Shown here: in pieces, positions 23,641 to 36,722 of the stretch | Position numbering within the stretch: position 1 is the stretch's first letter | Layout of the letters: each line of letters opens with the position of its first letter | NCBI GenBank assembly: GCA_049999805.1 | Contig: JBNGIO010006309.1 | Span: forward strand, 47,934 to 108,736 | Reading direction: 5' to 3' | From: Folioceros fuciformis | Lineage: Eukaryota | Length of the DNA stretch: 60,803 nucleotides | The notes under the pieces: model-generated | The model's database searches: none | The model's input: only the letters and a program-made list of their open reading frames with translations | What the model was told of the DNA's origin: nothing | Program-made: the position numbers and the translations under genes

Positions 23641-26600
23641 GTTGAGCTGAAGACAGGCCAGGGACCGGTTGATAGATAGGGTGAGATAAGGGNNNNNNNN
23701 NNNNNNNNNNNNNNNNNNNNNNNNNNNNNNNNNNNNNNNNNNNNNNNNNNNNNNNNNNNNNNNNNNNNNNNNNNNNNNNNNNNNNNNNNNNNCGAATCAT
23801 AAGACTGCAACGATAATAAGGGGAAGTGTGGCCCCTTGGCGGTTCTTGGGTGTAAAAATCACTCCACAGGTACTATCAAATCAAGATTGTTGAGGGGCAT
23901 GACTACAAAACAATATGTAGAACAAGGTTTGGATCTTTTGAGTTACTTGTCATGCCATTTGGACTTACTAATGTACCTGCCAGATTTTAGACTCTTATGA
24001 TATTATATTCATAGATCTGGTGGACAAATATGTTGTAATCTATGTGGATGACATTCTGATCTATAGTCATACCTTGGAGAAGCATGTTGAACACTTGAGA
24101 AAAGTATTACAGAGACTAAGAGAGAATTTTTTGTTCTTATTAATCAAGAAGTATGATTTTGTCAAGATAAAAATTCGATTCATAGGTTTCATTGTCTCTA
24201 CTGACGGCATAAGAATGGACCATGATAAAGTTAAGGCTATTCAAGATTGGCAGCCCCCTCGAAATATCCATGAGGTGCAAAGTTTTATGGGTTTGGCTTC
24301 TGTGTACAAGAAGTTGGTACATATGTTTGCTAAGATAATAGCCCCCATAACTGATCTCTTGAAGATAGCAAAAGCTTGGAGATGGGATGCTGAGTGTTAG
24401 GCAACCTTTGAATACTTGAAGAAGAAGTTGAGTACTACTCCAGTGCTGGGAATGTATGACCCCAATAGAGATGTCGAAGTGTATTGTGATGCCTCAGATG
24501 TGGCTATAAGTGAAGTTTTGATGCAGGACCAAAAGTGAAGTTTTGATGCGGGACCAAAAGCCGTTAGCTTTTGAGTCAAAGAAATTGCATCCTTATGAGA
24601 GGAAGTATTCCACCCATGAGAAGGAGATGACTGCTATCATCCACTATCTGAAGGCTTGGAGACACCATCTCTTGGGTAGCCGTTTTGTGCTGTATGCTGA
24701 TAATACCAGCACAACATACTTCTCAAACCAATTGAAGTTGAATGCGAGACAAGCTAGATGGCAAGATTTCCTAGCTATGTATGATGTGACTCTTAGATAT
24801 AAACCTAGAAAAGAGAACAAGGCTGCAGATGCGTTGAGTGGCAAGCAGAGTTAAGAAGTGAAAGCAATGGCAATTGTGATTGAACCTTTGGATGCTCACA
24901 AAGAGATAAAAGAAGATTATATGCAAGATCGTGAAGTGCAGGACGAGATAAATGGGGTGGTAGAGAAAGGAAGTAAGTTCAAACTCAAAGATGGTTTGTT
25001 GATATACAAAAAGAAGAGAGTTGTGATCCGTAACTTTGTAGACTTGAAGAGGAGATTGCTTGCTGAATGTCATGATGTGCTCAATACTGGTCACCGTGGA
25101 GGTGATTCAACTTATGAGAAGTTGAGGAAGTTGTTCTACTGGTAAGGAATGTATAAAGATACATTGGATTATGTCAAGGCGCATGCTGTTTATCAGCAAG
25201 AGGCAAGAGGTTTGTTACTGCCCTTACCTATCGCAAGATCCCATGGAAAAGTATTCTTTTGTGGCATTCTTCTATTGAAATGACCTCTAGGGTGGCATGC
25301 GGTGGGTCCAAAGGACATAAGTAAGTAAGTTTCTAATTAAATGAGTATTCATTAATTCTAAGTAATTCTTCTTGCCCCTCGAAAACTACTTCCTTAGGTA
25401 CCGTGAAACCATGACAGTGTCATTGTGTGGAACACCTAACTCATCCTCCATGATGTGTGAGTTTTAACCGAGAGGTAGAGGCCATGTGTAGGTAGAGAAA
25501 CAAGTTGGTGGTTGGTCAAGATTTGCACCAATGGAGCCCATTGAGTGCTCTACCTCATTCCAAAAACTTCAAACGCTAGCAGCAAAGGGTGGGGCAAGAC
25601 GCCGTGGCTCGGACCGATCACACAAACGAGAGGAAACCCACCCCTTGATGCATTATGGAATACGTAAACACAATCTTGCAAGCCGTTGCATTCATGTTCG
25701 AGCTTGGTGCACCTAAGCCCTAAACCCTAAACCCTCACGACTTGGGACTTGGTACGTATGGTGAACTTGGCCATTTGCACCAAGGCTCTTAGAACAGTGA
25801 CACCCCATCCCACGATCGATTCAAGTGCAGATGCTTACCGATGGCGTTCTTAGAAATGTGTCCGTCCACTTGGCATCTCTGGACATCCGACATTGGACGG
25901 ATGGATAAGACTCCCGGTCAGAGGAGCCAAGGGCGTGGGGCATAGATTTGCAAAGGGTGCGGAGCTCCGGGTCGCTGAAGGGCGGATGGTCGCTGGGAAG
26001 ACTTGTTGCGAGATCCAGTTGCCGAGACCGGCAACGGCAAACGCCTCGTAGCACAGACCTTGAGCCTTGCGGGTGAGCACTGCAGCTCAGACCGAGTCAG
26101 GACTGTCATCAAATCATAGATTCGCGGAGGCAGTTGGATCCACCACGCTGTTCCCCGAGGCACGCAGACGCAGATTCCACCATGTGAAATTGTGCGTGGC
26201 TTGGAAATTGTGGTGGAGTGTTCACTTCCTAGCGGGCAAGGAGAATCGGCGATTCCGGTAGTATGTACGTCTTCATGTGTGTACAGTATGTACTACACAC
26301 TGTTTCGCTGTAGGGGTTAAAATGAAAATAGTGTTGGTTGACTGGATTTTACGTCACGCCCATTCCATGCTGGATTAGTATGTTGTCGGCAGCGGCTGGC
26401 TGCGCGGCGGAAGCTGCCAACGACACCGCGTAACAGGGGATCGGAACTGGCCACCTACGAGGAAGGAAGGGAAAGAAAGCAAGAAAGAAAATGATTTGAC
26501 TGCGACGGTCGCATGAGACCTTAGGGAGGGCGCAGGCGCAGTTCCCGGCCGCCCCTGGCTGCATTATTTGGCTCGTCAATATGCCGCCCTCGCCCAGTCT

Positions 26601-27171
26601 GCAGCTCCCTTGGATTCACTGTTTCCCGTGTGTGTCTAGGACGGATCACCTCTCGTGCTGTCTTGAATCCCGATCAGCCACGCAGCTCTCGGATTCGGCC
26701 CGGCTTTTTCAGAAACTTCAGCTCGGAGGGCGGTGTAGAGCAGCTGTGGTTTGGTGCGACGTGAAGGGGATTACGCTTAGCCTTGTGGAGGTCCACTCCT
26801 CCATGTAATCTGTGGCTGGTGCGAACATGTGCGTACCGACGGCCCTGCCCAGCTCGCCCACCTCCACACCCGCACCCCGCACACCCTGGCGGCGGAACAT
26901 TCTGGAGGAAAAGAGCTCACCAAGGGCTCTTCGATCCAACTCGGAGCATGTCGGATTGAGTGTCGGTGTTCCTGCCCATCGCGACCTGTGCTTGTGAGTA
27001 GGCTTGTCTGTCTCCAGAGCACTGTATGTTGAGGCCGTCAGTCAGTTTCGGATTAGGATGTCGGTCTTGAACTTTCGAAATTCACCTTCTTCCTGCTGTT
27101 GTTGCTGTGGCAGTACTATCTTGCTAGGGGTTCCTGCCTGCTAATTCTCCAGGCCTACCGCTCGAAGAAAG

Positions 27172-30100
27172 ATGGCAAGGCAGATGTGGGACCTGGTTCG
27201 TGGTCAGCATGAGGGCTACATACCTGTGTCTGTCGATGCGGGGAGTGTTGACCTCAGTCCCCTGCCCCTGCCGGCACCAGAGTTTTCTACACTTTCCCTC
27301 GACGATGTCGAGGCGGTCTCTAAGCTATCCGAGGTCACTTTCAGCGTCCTCGGCATGGTATGTGCTGCTTGTTCGAGCTCCATCGAATCGTCCGTGAAGA
27401 AGTTGCCAGGGGTGGAGTGCGTAGCGGTAGCTCTTATGCAAAATCAAGCGCAAGTGACTTACCGTCCAGATGTTATTCAGGTTTGTTACCATGGCAGTCT
27501 ATTTATGTTCTATGGAAGTGATGGGTCTGTGAAGCTTTCTCAGTCATTCGTTGCTTGTCTCCAACAAACAGAGTGAATCAATCCGTGAGGCCATAGAGGA
27601 TGCTGGCTTTGAAGCATCCATTCTAGACGACTCTGCCAATAAGCAGTCCACGGCAGGTTGCCGCTTGCGCATCAAGGGAATGACCTGCTCTGCGTGTTCT
27701 GGCTCCATCGAGGCCGCGCTTTTGGAGCTTGCCGGCGTGACCAGGGCTGTCGTGGCTCTTGCTACCGAGGAGGCTGAGGTGGACTATGATCCCGCACTTG
27801 TTCATCCGAAACAGTTCATTGAGACCATTGATGATGTCGGTTTTGAGTCCGAGTTAGTATGTCAAGGGAATGAACGGTCTCAGGCTACCCTCACATTGGA
27901 GGGCATCAAGTCTCAAGCAGACCTTGTGCTGATCGAGGGTTCCTTATTGACAATGCCGGGGGTTAAGTCTGTGGTGGTAGACAATGTTGCTGCAGGCCTT
28001 ATTGCTGTCATTTCTTACGACCCCGACACCACAGGTCCAAGATTTTTCATAGAGAGAGTAGAGCAGCTTGGCAACCCATTCAAAGCCAGCTTAGTTGCCT
28101 CGAGGGACCGCGGCAGGCGCCGTGAAATGAAACGCTATGAAGTGCATTTCCTTTGGAGCATGATTTTCACAGTTCCCATTATCCTCATGTCTATGGTTTT
28201 CGTTTATATACCTGTCCTACGAAGGTGTCTTGACACCAAAATGGTTAACATGCTTAGTCTAGGGCAGGTCTTCAGATGGGTGCTGGCTACTCCTGTACAA
28301 TTTGTGGTGGGCTGGCGTTTCTACGAGGCATCTTTTAAGGCACTACGTCGTGGCTCGGCAAACATGGACGTTCTGGTGGCTCTCGGAACAAATACAGCCT
28401 ATTTTTACTCTGTGTATACAACGCTTCGAGCTGCAATGTCAACTACCTTTGTGGGCGCAGATTTTTTCCAGACCAGTGCCATGCTTATCACTTTCATTCT
28501 CTTGGGCAAATACATGGAGATCATAGCTAAGGGACAGACGTCAGAAGCTATTGCAAAGCTCATGGATCTTGCGCCAAACACTGCTCTGCTGGTGACTTTG
28601 AGCTCTGATGGATCTGTTTGCCCAGAAAGAGAGATCAACTCCCAGCTTGTCCAAAGGCATGATATTATGAAGGTCGTACCGGGAGCCAAGATCCCAGCAG
28701 ACGGAGTAGTCATAGGAGGTCAGAGTCATACCAATGAAAGTATGATAACTGGAGAAGCTCACCCTGTGCCCAAGCAGCTTGGCGATAAAGTTATAGGTGG
28801 TACTATGAATGAAAACGGCGTGTTACTTGTCAAAGCGACTCATGTTGGGTCAGAGACTGCTCTGTCCCAGATTGTGAGGCTTGTGGAGGCTGCCCAGCTG
28901 GCCAAGGCACCTGTGCAGCAATTTGCAGACACCGTTTCAAAGTATTTTGTGCCATTTGTGAGTACTCAACTTTGCCCTCTTCGTCTCATTTGATTGCCGT
29001 GTGCAACGCTTACTCTGAGAGTTAAGCTCCTTGACGTCAAATTTTGTTAACTTATAGTGTCTCGGATTGAAGGTGGTCCTGGCGGCAGTTATCACATGGG
29101 TAGGATGGTTAATGGCGGGGAAACTGAGCGCTTATCCTGATTCTTGGATTCCAGCATCTATGGATAAGTTTGAGCTTGCCCTTCAGTTCGGCATATCAGT
29201 TCTGGTCATAGCCTGCCCCTGTGCACTGGGGTTGGCAACGCCAACAGCTGTTATGGTCGGGACAGGGCAAGGTGCATCGCTTGGTGTTTTGATCAAGGGT
29301 GGCAGTGCATTAGAGAGTGCTCATAAGGTTGGTCTCTTGTCTGCTGTCGCAATCGTGTGTGCGTTTTCTCCTGTACTAAGTAATCCAGAAATTGATGTTC
29401 TGGGATCCATGGATGCAGGTGAATTGTATTGTCTTTGACAAAACAGGGACTCTCACTATTGGAAAGCCTGAAGTGATTGCAACCAAGCTCTTCAAAGACA
29501 TTCCCCTTTCCAGCTTCTATCAAGCAGTAGCAGCTTGTGAGGTAAAGCCCAGGTGTTCAAAGTTGTCTTTGGTGTCTTATCACCAGCAGGATGCATTTGC
29601 ATTTCTTGGTGTCCTGGGAACTTCACGCTCATTGTATGTGCTGAAATTTGTTTTTATGTTGATTTTTGGCAGGCGAATAGCGAGCACCCACTGTCGAAGG
29701 CTATTATGAACTATGTGAGAGCGTTGGAAGGTGTTACGGGGTCAGATGTAAGTTGGCTCTCCGAAGCAAGAGACTTCCAGAACATTCCTGGTCAAGGTGT
29801 ACGAGCTGTGGTATCAGGGAAAGATGTTGTGGTTGGCAGCAGGAAACTCATGAAGGAGTTGGGCATTTCGTTGCCCAAGGGCTGTGCTGACTTTCTTGAA
29901 CACGCGGAGCAGAAGGCACAATCATGTGTGCTTGTAGCCTTGGAGAGCGAAGTCGTAGGAGCGATTGGTATAGCAGACCCGGTTAAACCTGAAGCTGCTG
30001 AGGTTATCTCAACTTTAGGAAGCATGGGGGTGTGGAGTTTACTTGTGACAGGTGACAACTATGGCACGGCTAATGCCATCGCTAAGGAAGTTGGTATTAT

Positions 30101-30569
30101 GGATGTGATGGCTGAGGTTCAACCATTGGGTAAGGCCGAGAAAGTGCAAGAGCTGCAGTCCAGGGGCTACACTGTTGCTATGGTGGGAGATGGAATCAAC
30201 GACTCTCCCGCGCTTGTGGCTGCAGATGTCGGAATAGCCATCGGCGCTGGCACTGACGTTGCGATCGAAGCAGCAGAAATAGTCCTCATGAAGAGCAATC
30301 TAGAGGATGTCATAACTGCCATTGACCTCTCCAGGAAAACTTTCGACAGGATTAAACTCAATTACTTCTGGGCTTTGTGCTACAACGTTGTTAGCATACC
30401 TGTTGCTGCTGGCATTCTGTTTCCGCTGGGCATTAGGTTACCGCCTTGGCTAGCAGGGGCATCAATGGCAGCGTCGTCTGTGAGTGTGGTGTGCTCATCA
30501 CTACTCCTGAAAAATTACAGGAGGCCAAAGCGACCTAGTAATCTGTATGAGATCCAGACGTCTTCGTAG
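27172..30569 (+). CDS. HMA5: Copper-transporting P1B-1 ATPase, HMA5-like; exons 27172-27480, 27572-28957, 29073-29327, 29419-29541, 29673-30569
   Basis: Two metal-binding motifs (GMVCAAC, GMTCSAC) plus a degenerate third HMA domain. Also [31 protein letters not shown], and the Cu+-type YN and MAASS signatures. Confidence 0.93.
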
Positions 30570-31266
30570 CAATGTACTCAATCGTTCTAATCCTAACCTG
30601 GAAACGAGGCGATGATGGCGTGCTCTCCCACCATCCACCAATGTGTGCTGGAGGCGAAGCCTATGAGTTCCGGCCTCATCTTGTTCTAACCATTCTTGTT
30701 CCCGACTACGCTGTGACAGGGAACAGCCATGAATTGGCGTCATTGTTTAGCGTGCCGCTCACCAGCTTGATGTGTAGTTGCTGGGCGCACCCACGCCAGT
30801 TTAATTCCCATCAGGACCAGATACCGTGCGCTTGGTTCAAGTGTATCCCTGTGCTATGTGTCCTTTTTCTCGTGTGTCCAGTACAATACTTGTAGCGTGT
30901 GTGCTGCCTATGATGGAACAAGGACGATGTCACGAACAGTCCATGAATTGGGCCAATGGGCTAAATTCCTCCACGTCTTGCAAGTTAGCTCATAGGTCTA
31001 GGACTGCTCCTTGATACTGTAGCCGTTGGAATTGATGCACTCAACTCCAGGCATACCGTAATCTGTGATCCGTCAAAGTCAAGTCAAAAGCAGAGATTTT
31101 GAGAAGGCAAAACTGGCGAAAGTTGGCGAGACAGGGCGCAAAGGAAATCACACCAGCTGTGCTTTTCCTCTTAGAGAAATAGCAAAGAAGCAAGGTTGGG
31201 AAGCAATGCGAGAAGAAAGGCGAGATCCCTCCAGGTTTCTGCAAACATTGTAGCTCTGTGGTCATT

Positions 31267-34200
31267 ATGGGCCCTCCTGCATCTGCTCTCTTTCTGCTGG
31301 CCCTGTCCATTTCTGCCTGCTGTGCTGAAATCTTCTTCGAGGAGAGATTTGAAGGTCTGGTATTGATTCAGGCGGCCGCTAATTTGTCAGTGTCTCTGAT
31401 GCAGACCGGGCTTTGATTATGCGGGAGGCGCATTCACCCAATGTCGTTTGTGCAGATGGATGGGAGAGTCGGTGGGTGAAGTCGGATTGGAAGAAGAGTG
31501 AAGGATTAGCCGGTAACTGGGTGCACTCAGCCGGGAAGTGGAGTGCAGACCCAGATGACAAGGGTAGGATGACGGGGAGGGCAGGCCTGCACAGCAGATG
31601 TAGATGTGCTGGTTCAATTGTTCTCAGCGCCCGTGCTTGCTGCTCATTTTAGTTGTGCCGTGAGCAACAGGTATCCAGACACATGGGGATGCGAGATACT
31701 TCGGAATTTCCACACAGTTTCCCGAGTTCACCAACAAGGGCAGGACTTTAGTTGTCCAGTACTCTCTGAAGCACGAGCAGAAAATTGAATGCGGCGGTGG
31801 CTACGTAAAGCTAATGACTGGCTATGTCAATCAGAAAAGGTTCAGCGGAGACACGCCTTACTGGTACGCATTTGTCTGCTGCTGCTCAACTCTGTTGGAT
31901 TCCGAAGGTCAGCAATAGCACGCTTGCTCACATTCTGCTATGGCCTGCGCCCCAGTATAATGTTCGGGGCTGACATTTGTGGCTCCACCACCAAGAAACT
32001 GCATGCTATTATTCAGTACAAGGGCCAAAATTATCACAACAAGAAGGACATTGTCTGCGAAACCGACCACCTTACGCATGTGTATACGTTCATCATCAGA
32101 CCCGATGCGACCTACAGTATTTTGGTGGACAATAGGGAAAGAGAATCCGGCAGCCTTTATACAGATTGGGAGATCTTACCTCCTCGGACGATTAAGGATT
32201 TAACGGCCAAGAAGGTTAGTCTTGCTATAGTTGGGTCTCTTTGTTACAGGGGTCAGTCTGTTTAACAGCATCTTTGTACGCTGTTTCTCGCAGCCCGCAG
32301 ATTGGGAGGAGAAGGAGTACATTACTGATCCAGATGCTGTCAAACCTGCCGTAAGTGTACATTTCAAATCTTTTGGACGCGGGAAGGGGGGCTGTAAAAT
32401 GGTCTTATCTTTGCGTAAGGGCAGCCTTCCTTACACCTGCTCCTGTCATTGTGAGCAGGGCTGGGACGATATTCCAGCTGAGATTCAGGATCCACATGCC
32501 AGAAAGGTTATCGTGCGCCCCTTTATCTGTGCTGAACGTTTTGTCCTCCGATGCTCGCTCCACAAAATTGTATTGAGAGCCAATATATGTTCCAGCCTGA
32601 GGACTGGGATGACGATGATGATGGCGAGTGGTCACCTCCAACTATTCCTAATCCTTCTTACAAGGGTCCCTGGAAGGCCAAGGTAAGTTTGGTGCTTGAT
32701 GCCCTTGACGGAGTGAAGACGAAACAGACTTTCTTACCTCCGAATACTTCGCAGAAAATCAAGAACCCGAAGTACAAGGGCAAGTGGAGAACTCCTATGA
32801 TTGATAATCCAGGTTACTTGGAAGCCCTCTGAATTCGATTTGCAGCAAGTTGGAAGCGGTTTTGGATGTCCTAATGGACTCGGGGTTTTGCGCATCTTTG
32901 TCCAACAGAATTCGTTGACGATCCTGATATTTATGTTTTCCCATCCTTAAAATACCTCGGCATTGAGCTATGGCAGGTGTGAATCTTTTCATCGAAGAAA
33001 AACCTAACTTCATCTGCACAGTAGCCATGTATGACAAGTTATTTTTGTGCAGGTCAAAGCAGGGTCTTTGTTCGATAACTTCCTAATCACAGACGATCCT
33101 GAATATGCAAAGGAGGTCGCGGAGGAAACGTGGGGTAAAAATAAAGAGGTACCTTCTCTTATAGCTTTGGCCTGGTTTACATGAGGCTTAGCAATTCCTT
33201 CCTTTGACTGTGAGTTGTTTCTTTGCCTGCCATTAGGCTGAGAAGGAAGCATTTGAAGAGTACGATAAGGCTGAAAAAGAAGAGGAAGAGGTAAAATTTT
33301 GTGGTTAGAAGCTACCACGAAGTCCAGTGATCGTCTTTATTCTCTGTTCTTAGCCCGGGTTTCGTCCTTTCTTCTCGAGTTCTTGGTCGAAATTTTCGTT
33401 TTAGATGTGCATGGCCGGTTCCTTTAGTAGATTGCCGGCTTGCATTGGGTAGGACAGTGACAAGTAGGAAAATGTTTGTTAGTCTGCTCCTGAGCCTGGC
33501 GGGTTTCCCTTCAATATTTTTGACCATTAGAGAGTCGCGAAAGCGCACCGTGAGGAAAGGGACAGGGACATGAGACGGCCAGATTATGGAAAGGGGAGGG
33601 ACAGATATGCAAGGTCACGAGATGACTTTCACAAACGGAGAACCCGTGACCGCATTAAAGACGAAATACGACACAAGTACAGGCGTCGGGTATGTGTCTG
33701 CAGGGTTTCCGTCCTTTCAGGTTTGAGCTGACTGATTTTTGTGCTCTTAAGTGCGCTGTAGCTGTATATGTAATCCTCGTGTCTTCTCCTGTGGGCTTGC
33801 CTCGTGCGGAAGCATCTTCTCACCATGCTTTTCTTGACCACTTAGTAGTCCAACTGGGACAAGGCGGGGCAGTCATGTAGACGGCAGATTGCCCTCTCAC
33901 TGCCCGACAACTTAATTTCTGACCACTTTTGCCTGACTACAAGCCATATCTGTCATTCGGCATTGGCTTGGTAGTTCTGTCTTCGGTATGATCTTAGTAC
34001 ACCGAGATCTAAGTTGATTCTGGGTCAGTGCGGGTGGAAATTATGGAACAAGCGAAAGCAGATACTGAAACCAAGAATGATCGTAGTTGGGAATCACTAA
34101 ACTGACCTAAACGCTGGAGGATTCTAACCTCTGATTGGATTGAAAGAAGTTCATCTCACTCCCCTCCATGTGTAGTCTTGGTGAATGTACACCTAGCACT

Positions 34201-34376
34201 AACTTGTCTGCGCATGGTTTTGCGCAGCATGTGGATGAGGAAGATGATGACGATTTCGAGCACGTAAGTAGTAGTATGGCATTCTGAGTCTTTTGTCATG
34301 TGGTTGGACAAATATCATAGCCGTAAGAGGTGGAGATCATGGCAATTTTGGAATGTTGGTGCAGGACGAACTGTGA
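31267..34376 (+). CDS. CRT3: Calreticulin-3 (ER lectin chaperone), multi-exon
   Basis: Signal peptide [63 protein letters not shown]-domain repeats; basic Arg-rich C-terminal segment typical of CRT3; ends in H|DEL* split by the last intron. Confidence 0.92.
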
Positions 34377-34680
34377 TCAGTTTCAGACTCCTCTTATAGT
34401 GCGAGCAAGTCATTCATGATGTAAGCGAGAAGCGGAGAACTGATGAGAAAGGTGATGACGTCCCTCCTTTCCCGGATTATAACTTTCAGTACATCATAGA
34501 GGTCGCCTGCGACAGGTAACGGGATGTGTTCCTCATCGATCGACACGAGAACATTTAACAGTGAAGAGATCTAAATATGCCTGCAGCCAGCGACGCTCTC
34601 TTGCGCTTTGTTTCTCTTCCTTTTTAGCTACACCTTCAAGACAATTTGCCCACATCTGTATGCACTGTCAACGGATATGA

Positions 34681-36490
34681 TCAATCCAAAGTGTTGCGCG
34701 AAAATCGTAAGAGCTCTACTTTATCCTCCATCCCGTCCATCCCTGAACTGCAAACTTTCCGAGCTTCGAGTTCCATTCCCTGTCATGCTCGTTACAGGTT
34801 ACTTCTTGTCAAGTACCAGACAATCTGAAAGTAATGAGCCCAGGGATAACCTACATGCTCTTGGAAGTGTTCTTGATCTCGATCAAACAGCTGGACAAAA
34901 AGTTCACGGTTTTTCGGGTTTCGCTCAACTGGATCAGACACAAGCAGTCTTGAGCCTTCCCTGCAAACACAGCAGTTGTCAGGCACACGTCTGAGCGGCA
35001 GCCCCTGCAACTCACCGGAACCGCAAAGCTGGAGAACCATGGACCTGTTGCTCAAAAGCTGTGGTACAAGATCAGCAATTAGGCGAATGGCTGGCTTCTC
35101 ATACAGAACATCGCAAGCCAACACCTGTGCCGAGCCATCCACAGTGCTTTCAGTCTACGATGAACTAGGGAAGGTTACAACGGAGGCGAAAACAGACGAG
35201 GCACTTACCACATCAAAACCAGGACTTTGCTCTAGTTTGACTGTCCAGTCAAAAAGCTCTGCTCTCACACATGCTTGTCCATGTTGCACAGGGCCCAAGA
35301 CATTACAGACTCCCTTTTCACCGGATGTGACATGGGAGGTAACAGACGTACACGCTGAGTGGGTGAGAATGTCCATAACTGATGCAGTTAGGTTACGGTT
35401 CCCGATCGTGCAAGATCGTTGTGAAGAAGTTGGTAGGAGATGGATAATCTCACGAAGATTTGAGGACGCGTCAGCAATGTTGGCATGGATGTTTAGCAGG
35501 GCACACAACAAAGCCTGTACCTCTCGATCATACAATACCACCTGGATGCACCACCACAACCTTAAGTCAGGTCTTTTGCCTACAAGTAAATGTGCACAGT
35601 AAGAAGCCAAGGAATGCCCAATAGAGACCTCACTTGCTCCACTAAGAGCGGCTGCTAGCCCTGCCAAACCTGCCCCATTTGGATTGCAATGTCACTAAGA
35701 GAAAAGCCAGAATTTGAGAAGAACGTAGTGTGTAAATGAAGAAGCTTCAGCCCTGTTCTCACCAAGACCAGCCCCGAGGTCACATACGCGGAGCCCAGAT
35801 ACCAGTTCGGGATGAGCTAAAATCTGTCAACAATAATCCACGTCTCGCCAGAGTCAAGGAAAAGCAAATGAAGCTAGCCTAAAGCGACGTGGCTTAAGAG
35901 ACATATCCAGACCTCATCTGCAAGAGCAAGAGCTGAGGGCCATAGCCGGCACCAATATGGGTCTCTGTCCAGCCTACCTGCACGTACAATCGAACACTCA
36001 CTGTTGGACTCCGTGAGGGTAAGACGGGAAACTTGAAAACGTGCATTTGCGTGCTCTCAAAATTTCAATGTGCACGGGCGTACCCTGTTTGATGTACATC
36101 TCCAGGACCTCGTCCACGTCTCTTGGCTGGAAGATACGAAGCACCCGTCCATGGATCCTGACCTGCAGGACCGCAAGTCTGCTGAGCCAAAAATTCTCAC
36201 AGCTCAAGCTGAATGCCAAGGAGGATCTAATGCACAATTCCTGTGCCCACACACCCAGATCTTGCATGCATTCACACTCCAGGAAAGTTGCCATGCACCT
36301 ACAAGGTTACCTGTGTTTCTTCTAGCTCAAGCTCAAATTCAGGAAACCTAAATGGTACTTTGACAGTGGGTTGTGCTTTGACTACACCCCGCCAACTAAG
36401 CTTGTGCTGCCTATCGTCCCTACCGAGGCCATGTGGTCCGGACAAGGGAGGGCACTGGGGCCGAAAACATCCCGACCGTAGCGCAACCAT
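34681..36490 (-). CDS. Methyltransf_16 (protein-lysine methyltransferase-like) family SAM-dependent methyltransferase, multi-exon
   Basis: Spliced motifs DPYWCRLWPSALALADE, VCDLGAGLGLAGLAAA, VLYDRE, FDW and VLACDVLYE. Start ATG 36490 and last exon 34681-34779 are inferred from splice signals. Confidence 0.8.
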
Positions 36491-36722
36491 GTCACGACCT
36501 GGATCACATCTTTCGGCAACTACTACAATGGTCCCTCCTCCCTGCAGCTGGACACCGATGGAAAGAAACTTCAGTTTTGAAAAGCAGTGCTATTTCCGTG
36601 TGTGGAGCAAATTGCGCATGCTGGAGATGGCAGGGGAGTGGCAGGGGACTCCGCCTACAACGCTTTGGTGCCGAGCTTAGCGGCATATCGCAGTAGCTTC
36701 TGCTGCGCGTGAGCAAGCAGGA

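Larger units (their letters stand above)
19007..23868. mobile_element. 4.86-kb solo-LTR-like/non-coding LTR element nested in the gypsy RT
   Basis: Ends TATGGAGT...ACTCCACA form a terminal inverted repeat (TG..CA with one change). Flanks are GATAC (19002-19006) and GGTAC (23869-23873). Removing the insert restores the RT frame LDLMARYYQIKI. Confidence 0.8.
15571..25397. mobile_element. Rearranged, decayed Ty3/gypsy (chromovirus-like) LTR retrotransposon region
   Basis: On +: zinc-knuckle remnant CYSCGQ (~18035), protease-like LLDSTITHNF (18044-18463), RT (DHEIEL...GLRLCLDYKALN...KLDL; YVDDILIYS), RNaseH (YCDASD, YSTHEKE) and integrase N-terminus (CHD...GHRG) to ~25260. Integrase C-terminal/chromodomain-like pieces lie at 16635-17085 (+) and 17201-17895 (-). 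Many stops and frameshifts. Bounded by ~130-bp direct repeats at 15571-15702 and 25262-25397. Confidence 0.9.

Noticed and set aside
25400..26260. Possible Cu-miRNA or small gene upstream of HMA5
   Set aside because: No full match to miR397/398/408 mature sequences by eye, and the ORFs show no recognisable motif.
30953..30978. ERSE/UPRE-like CCAAT...CCACG upstream of CRT3
   Set aside because: Spacing is 13 nt rather than the canonical 9-10; too weak to call.
33690..34227. Possible snoRNA in the long CRT3 intron
   Set aside because: No convincing box C (RUGAUGA)/box D pair with a terminal stem.
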